Source of the DNA: Octopus vulgaris
Taxonomy: Eukaryota
Assembly (NCBI GenBank): GCA_951406725.2
Contig: OX597820.1
Span: 106,206,001-106,270,000, forward strand
Direction: 5' to 3'
DNA: 64,000 nt
Shown here: in pieces, positions 57,765 to 64,000 of the stretch
Numbering within the stretch: position 1 is the first letter of the stretch
Layout: the number at the start of each line of letters is the position of its first letter
The notes under the pieces: generated by a model
The model's database searches: none
The model's input: only the letters and a program-made list of their open reading frames with translations
What the model was told of the DNA's origin: nothing
Program-made: the position numbers and the translations under genes

Positions 57765-58290
57765 ATAGAGAGATGTTTTTGTTTCACTTTTAACACGTAA
57801 TACTGAAATAGTGGAGAAAATATGATATTGCTGTGGGCTCGCCCTAGGCAAGAAGTTGAACATTTTTTTCCCATGAAACTACATGGACCCTAAGTAAGGC
57901 ATGTGTAAAATTTGAATAAAATTGGTTGTGTAGTTCTCAAGTTTTAGGGATTCATAGCAGAAAAGATATGATATTGCTATGGGCTCACCCTAGGCAAGAA
58001 GTTAAACATTGTTTTTGCCCACGACACTCCATTGACCCTAAGTAAGGCATGTGTAAAATTTGAATGAAATTGGTTGTGTAGTTCTCAAGTTTTAGGGATT
58101 CATAGCGGAGAAGATATAATATTGCTACGGGCTCGCCCTAGGCAAGAAGTTAAACATTGTTTTTGCCCATGGACCCTAAGTAAGGCATGTGTAAAATTTG
58201 AATGAAATTAGTTGTTTAGTTCTCAAGTTTTAGGGATTCACACAGACAGACAGACACACATACACACATTCTCAGTTTTATATATATAGA
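57765..58290 (-). mobile_element. 5' fragment of the same Helitron-like family as 53961-55697, with three ~147-bp units
   Basis: Nearly identical to 55308-55697 but has one more repeat unit. Confidence 0.75.
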
Positions 58291-58304
58291 TATATATATA
58301 TAAA

Positions 58305-58497
58305 GCACATAAAAAACACTCAGCATACTCTGTTAAATGGCTGGTGTTAGGAAGGACATCCAGCCATAGAAACCATGCCACAACAGACAATTGGAGTCTG
58401 GACAGCTCCGTGGCCAGTCAGCTGCTCAGCTCCTGTCAAACCATGCAACTCATGCCAGCATGGAAAGCGGACATTAACCGATGATGATGATAATGAT
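58305..58497 (+). mobile_element. RTE-type 3' terminal fragment
   Basis: GGTGTTAGGAAGGACATCCAGCC...CATGGAAAGCGGAC...(GAT)n. Confidence 0.7.
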
Positions 58498-58815
58498 AAA
58501 CCTATATGTAAGCACCTACATGCATGCAGCCCTACACACACACAGGCACACATATTTCTACCAGAAGAACCCTAGTAGACTAGCTGTTATCAAATCAAGT
58601 AAGTATTTCTGAGTTTGCAGCAATTTCTTGAGAGTTCATGAAAATGAAATGGCAGAGAACATACGATGAAATTGCTATATTTACAAGTTCCTAAAAGAAG
58701 ATATACATACCCGCATATATATATATATATATGGTCATTCAATATGTGACCGCGTGTGTATCGTTGGCGATTTTTCTCCTCCGTCTTCCCTTCCTTGGAT
58801 CTTTCCTTTTCCTAT

Positions 58816-58851
58816 GTTTCTGACGAAGAGCTCCATTCGAAACAATAAATT
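58816..58851 (+). ncRNA. Decayed minimal hammerhead-like motif in a ~220-bp module between TA tracts (58733-58952)
   Basis: GUUU CUGACGA A GAGC UCC AUUC GAAAC AAUA AAU. Core boxes are intact; stems II and III are degraded. Confidence 0.4.
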
Positions 58852-59173
58852 CTCCTTCTTTCTCTCCTTTCCTGAGCATCCAATAACACTATACTTGTTC
58901 CACGTCCCCACGTTGTTGTGTTTTCTCTTTGTGTTTTCATGTTTGGATTAACTATATATATAAATATATACATACACACACACATATACATATATATATA
59001 AATGCATACATACACACACACACACATATACATATACACATACATAATATTCATATTAATACTTGTATACACACACACATACATATATATGTATGTATAT
59101 CATCAGTAAATCACAAATCTGAGGGGGAAGCATATTCTAGAATGCTGCTGAAAAAATTGCATAATTAATACAT

Positions 59174-59197
59174 ATCTGCATATATATATAAGGCAGG

Positions 59198-59245
<48 letters not shown>

Positions 59246-60793
59246 GTACGTGAATGTGAATTATGCACGTCCACAAATTAGCACGCATGTCACTCAAATT
59301 TTAGGAGGACATTCGTCCCGAACCTAGCTGTATTTTCGTCAAATTATTTTCCCCCAAGGCACTTGTGAATAGGGATAAATAATTTTGAGCCATGACTTCT
59401 AAGGATTTTCATGGTGGATAAATTCATTGTTTACAAATCAAACATGAGTTAAGTCCCCTTCTAGCGACGGTGTGAAGACAGGGAGGGAGAGGGAGAGAGA
59501 GATAACAGATTTTAAAAATTTCTTTTTAGTGTGTGATTGACAGATTGGGGTTGTTATGTATGCATGTATGTGTGAATAACTTCAGTCAATAAACACACAC
59601 ACATACGAGCATGTATGCATACAAAGCACATGTATGCAATGTGTGTGTGTGTGTGTTGCCTGTATATATATATATATATATACACACACACAATATAAAC
59701 AATATTCTCCATTTCTCCACAACTAATTTCCAAATTAGCTGAATCCATTGCTCTACTTATAGCGATATATAGCTGGTCGTGCGTGAACATGGGAGAGAGC
59801 AGAGGTTACCAGAGCAAAAGACCTACATGTTGACTGTAGACACGCTCCTTCACAAATGATCAGCTATTATTTTGTAAATAATGTTTCTTCCTGTTACAAA
59901 ACTTATGTCCGGGTGCCAAATTTGCTTTAATTGATGGTATTACTCAGGTAGGAGGTGGTGATGGGAAAGTGGCAGGGGCAAAGGCATGCAAAAACATGTA
60001 TGCAATAGGTTTATGCACGTATATGTTAGTGTGTGTGTGTGTGTGTTGTCCATATATATATATATATACTTAGTTGTGATCTGAACATTAACCGCTTCTC
60101 ACACAGAGGATCGGGGGCCCTTTTGGGCGTGCTATTTTCCTTGCTGGAAGGATTCTCAACCCATGGGCAAAGTGGGGTTACATGATGGGGGTGGTGTTTT
60201 CAAAAGGGTTAGCATATGCAACCTGATTACCTCTGCCGATCAAACTCCCAACCCATGCGCTCCTGCCGCGACACTGATTCTGCAGAACTGGGTTGGATAT
60301 GAAAACCAACTTTAAAGTATAAATATAGATGTTTTTGAATCAGCAATGTTTGGTTAAGTCCTATTTGGGGTGAAAAATCAATAAACTATTTCCTCATAGG
60401 GTTTTCCATTTAATCAGGATAAAAAAAATCGATAAACCGATTCCTTATAGAACTTCCCACTAAAATTGGTTACACCCAAGTTTCTACCAATTTTGATGTA
60501 TTTTGTTCAAACTTGATGCCAGCATTACTTAGGATTCATGGGATCTTTGAATGCTTTAAGTTCTCCAAAAACGAAAAAAAAAAAACAATCGATGAGTGGA
60601 AAAAATCAATAAACTGATTCCTTATGGGATTTCGCAATCAAATTGTCTGCAAAATTTCAGCCAAAAGTTTACCAATTTCAACGGATTTCACTCAAATTTG
60701 ACGTCGATGTTACTTAGTTTGCTTTGAAATAAAGAGCTTGATTAGCTTAATAATCCTAACTTAATCCCAAGCAAAGCCGGGCTATACTGCTAG
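59174..60793 (+). mobile_element. Non-autonomous Helitron-like element carrying a helicase remnant
   Basis: A|TCTGCATATATATATAAGGCAG...CCCAAGCAAAGCCGGGCTATACTGCTAG|T. Termini are shared with 10809-12040. Confidence 0.75.
59692..59805 (-). pseudogene. PIF1/Helitron helicase C-terminal fragment
   Basis: PMFTHDQLYIAISRA...ENIVY matches the FSHGQLYVAxSR...NIVY pattern at the end of Helitron RepHel helicases. Confidence 0.7.
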
Positions 60794-62085
60794 TATAATA
60801 TATATATATGCATACATATAAACATACATACATATAAACATGCATACACACATACATAAATAAGAACAAACATTCATACATTCATGTATACTGACATACA
60901 TACAATCATACTTACACACATACATATACATATGCATAGAAACAAATAAATAAAATGAGTGGGATAATGAAAGAAAACAGAGAAAGTAAGAGAGAGAGAG
61001 AGAGATGTCTGTTTTAATAGTTACTGAGGCAAACATTTCTTTTCTTCACTATTTTTGCCTAATAGTGGTTCCTTGATCAGTATAAACCAATTGATTTTGT
61101 ACAAGAATCCTCTATTCAACATTTTCTATTACAGGTTTAGATGGATTAGATGGAATATCACATGATATCTGTACAACGAAGTACAACAATGCACACAATG
61201 GAAAAATAATTAAATTTGCCTTGTTTACATACCCACTATATTGGGTGTATGTGCTAAGTAAAAAAACACCAGTGCTGGTGCCACATAAAAATAATTGGTG
61301 ATGGTACACTCTGTAAAGCAGAAGAGCATGGCATAAGGAAGGGCTGATGGTGTTACTTGTAGTTCACTGTGAAAGCTTGTCCTGGTTTCTTGACATGTTA
61401 CAGGATGTAAAGGCTCATTTATACAGTGTTGTTTGTTTCAAATCTCCATACAAACATGCCAGGCCTTCTTGCTGTTCAATAGACTGAGAGATTGTTACTT
61501 TGCTCAGAAATAGGGGTTGACAACAGAAAGGGCATCCAACTGCTGGAAATGTTTCTTTCATCTGAAATGCACTTTCCTCTGATCCATGCAAGCACAATGA
61601 TGATGATGATGACGATGACGACAACGACGACAACGATGATGATATTCTCTCTGTTTGGCACTAGGCCACTATGGTGTAGGTGGTGAGGTGTCACTCAATG
61701 GAATTTACTAATTACTTTAATTAAAACTAAATTATTTATCACTCTGAAATTATATACTTTGAATAAAATTGTTCTTGGCAATAAACCAGATAAAACAAAA
61801 CAAAAACTAAAAAATAAATGAAAATGATGAACAGAAGATAATTACAGACCACATAATGAATAATTATGAGTCAAGAATTTATTTATCTGGTTAACTGGGT
61901 GACATTGTTATATAATGAACAAAAGTAAATGACATTCACATCCTATCTCTCCCTCTCAACACACTCATACACAAATATACACATTCACCTAAATAACACT
62001 CAAAACCATGCCCATATACCCAAGTGTGTGTGTGTGTATGTATGTATGTATGTATGTATGTATGTATGTATGTATGTATGTGTGT

Positions 62086-62147
<62 letters not shown>

Positions 62148-62148
62148 A

Positions 62149-62370
62149 TGAGGGGTGCTGAAAAGTTCCTGGCTTTAGATAAAAGAAAATACAGGAAGAT
62201 TAGTTAATCATGTTTTTATTCAATATATTCTCTTTCCTTTTTCAGATTCACACACGTATTGCAGCAGTCCTTCAGTTTTTCTAAGCCCTGTAAAAGAACT
62301 TGGAATTTTGGGTCTCCAAGCAGGCCTTTTGTGCTACCCTTAAAGCCAGGAAATTTTCAGTACCCCCTTG
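62149..62370. mobile_element. Mariner-type MITE
   Basis: TA-flanked, with ~29-bp imperfect TIRs GGGGTRCTGAAAAKTTCCTGGCTTTA and a non-coding interior. Confidence 0.8.
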
Positions 62371-62452
62371 TATATATACATATATATATATGTGTGTGTG
62401 TGTATGTGTGTGTGCATGCGCACATGCATATATGTATGCATGTATGTATATA

Positions 62453-62488
<36 letters not shown>

Positions 62489-63632
62489 CATACACACAGA
62501 AGTTTAGTAAGATAACAGGGTAATGCCATTAGTAGGATAGGTAGAGTGGAAGATTTGAGGAAATAAAATAAAATAAAATAGAATTAAGTAAAGCAGAATA
62601 AGATACAATAAAGTGGGGAAATGCAAGAAAATAAAACTAAGTCAAACAATGTAAAATGCAACAAAAATAGTAGCGTATAAGGAGGTCTAGTTTAATTTTC
62701 ATAATAGGTTGACGAATATAAATATTTTTGAAGTTCAAAAATGTATAAAAGGTTTGTGGATACAGAGGTAGATATAAAAGTAGATAGGAAGATAGATGGT
62801 TAGACAGACAGATAAATAAATCAATAGCTAGATAGACATATCCATGAAACAAAACTCCCTTGTTGAAAACTTCGAGGTCCCCACCACCCCTCCCACCTTT
62901 CTTTTCTAGGAAAAAGGGGCTGGTTTGGAGATCAGATACGTTGAATGCATCCAAAAAAAGAAACTGAAAGAAAGTTATTCCACACCGAGATACAAAATAT
63001 TTACCAAAACAAAAAAAAAATCTTGTGCCAATTATACCAGTATTTTAATTAATTCAAATTAATGTACCTTATCTTGAAAAGTGGCAAAACTCCCCCCTGC
63101 TCCCTTCCAAAAATTTTGCCCACAAATCTTTTTGTAATCATAATCTCCACCGTTTGAAAGGTATTTGTATAAAATTTCATTAAAAATTACCTATTTTCCA
63201 GAAAGTTATGAGGGGGAAAATGTCGGGTCCAGAGAATTTTCTGAAACTTCTCTTTCCACCCTTCAGAAAATTTTTATCAACAAATCTTTACATACACTCA
63301 ATCTTCAGTATATAAGTGATTATTTAGCGAAAGTTTCGTTAAAAATATCCATTTATCTGGAGGTTATGAGGCAACAAAGTCGATGTGGTATTAAACTGTA
63401 GCTATGCTTTTTTTCAATAAAATGTTAAGTTAAAGTTTTGGTTAATGACTAACGAAGTTAACTTTTCAATTAACAGTGCCCACTTCTGTGTATGTGTATA
63501 TATATACACACATATATATATATACCAAAACTGTCAGATGAACAGGAACGTGAAACTCTGATGTTTTTGTGATGTCTTTGCAGGTTTATTAGTAAAGTTT
63601 ATACATACATACATACATATATATATATACAC

Positions 63633-63725
<93 letters not shown>

Positions 63726-64000
63726 TATATTTTATTTATTTATTATATTTTTATTATATGACCGAACGCACGCGTCATTTCTCTTCTCCAAGTAAGTTTT
63801 TATTTGAATAATCATGATGCGCACTCTTACTCTTTACTTGACCTTTCCTCCCTGCCTGTCTGTCTTCCTCTCTACTTGTCTCTCTCCTTCTTATTTTTCA
63901 CCCTTTCTGGTTTCTTTTCCCCCTCTCTCTCTCTCTCCTCCTCCTCTCTCTGGCCGTTGACCAGAGCGCTACTAAAACTTTCTTTCAGCTCCGTGCTTTC

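Overview
This is an AT-rich eukaryotic window dense in microsatellites and transposons, with no protein-coding host gene I can support. Nearly all long ORFs in the track are translations of (TA)n/(CA)n/(CATA)n tracts or decayed transposon genes. The repeat families (tRNA-headed SINEs with internal microsatellites, RTE LINEs with a PHD-type finger and (GAT)n tails) look like those of an octopod cephalopod; this is inference from recognition, not a database result. Contents: a ~2.8 kb 47-bp minisatellite, several RTE fragments, CR1-group, HERO-like and Gypsy remnants, a solo LTR, Tigger/pogo, maT-like and mariner remnants, a MITE, many SINEs and at least 8 non-autonomous Helitron-like elements. 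The most striking signal is a set of about 8 type I hammerhead-ribozyme motifs. Two or three look essentially intact and the rest are decayed. They differ in sequence but keep the CUGANGA...GAAAC...GUH core and a short, mostly palindromic stem III. Several sit in small fold-back modules inserted in (TA)n tracts, resembling non-autonomous Penelope-like or retrozyme-like elements. All coordinates were read by eye and may be off by a few bases.
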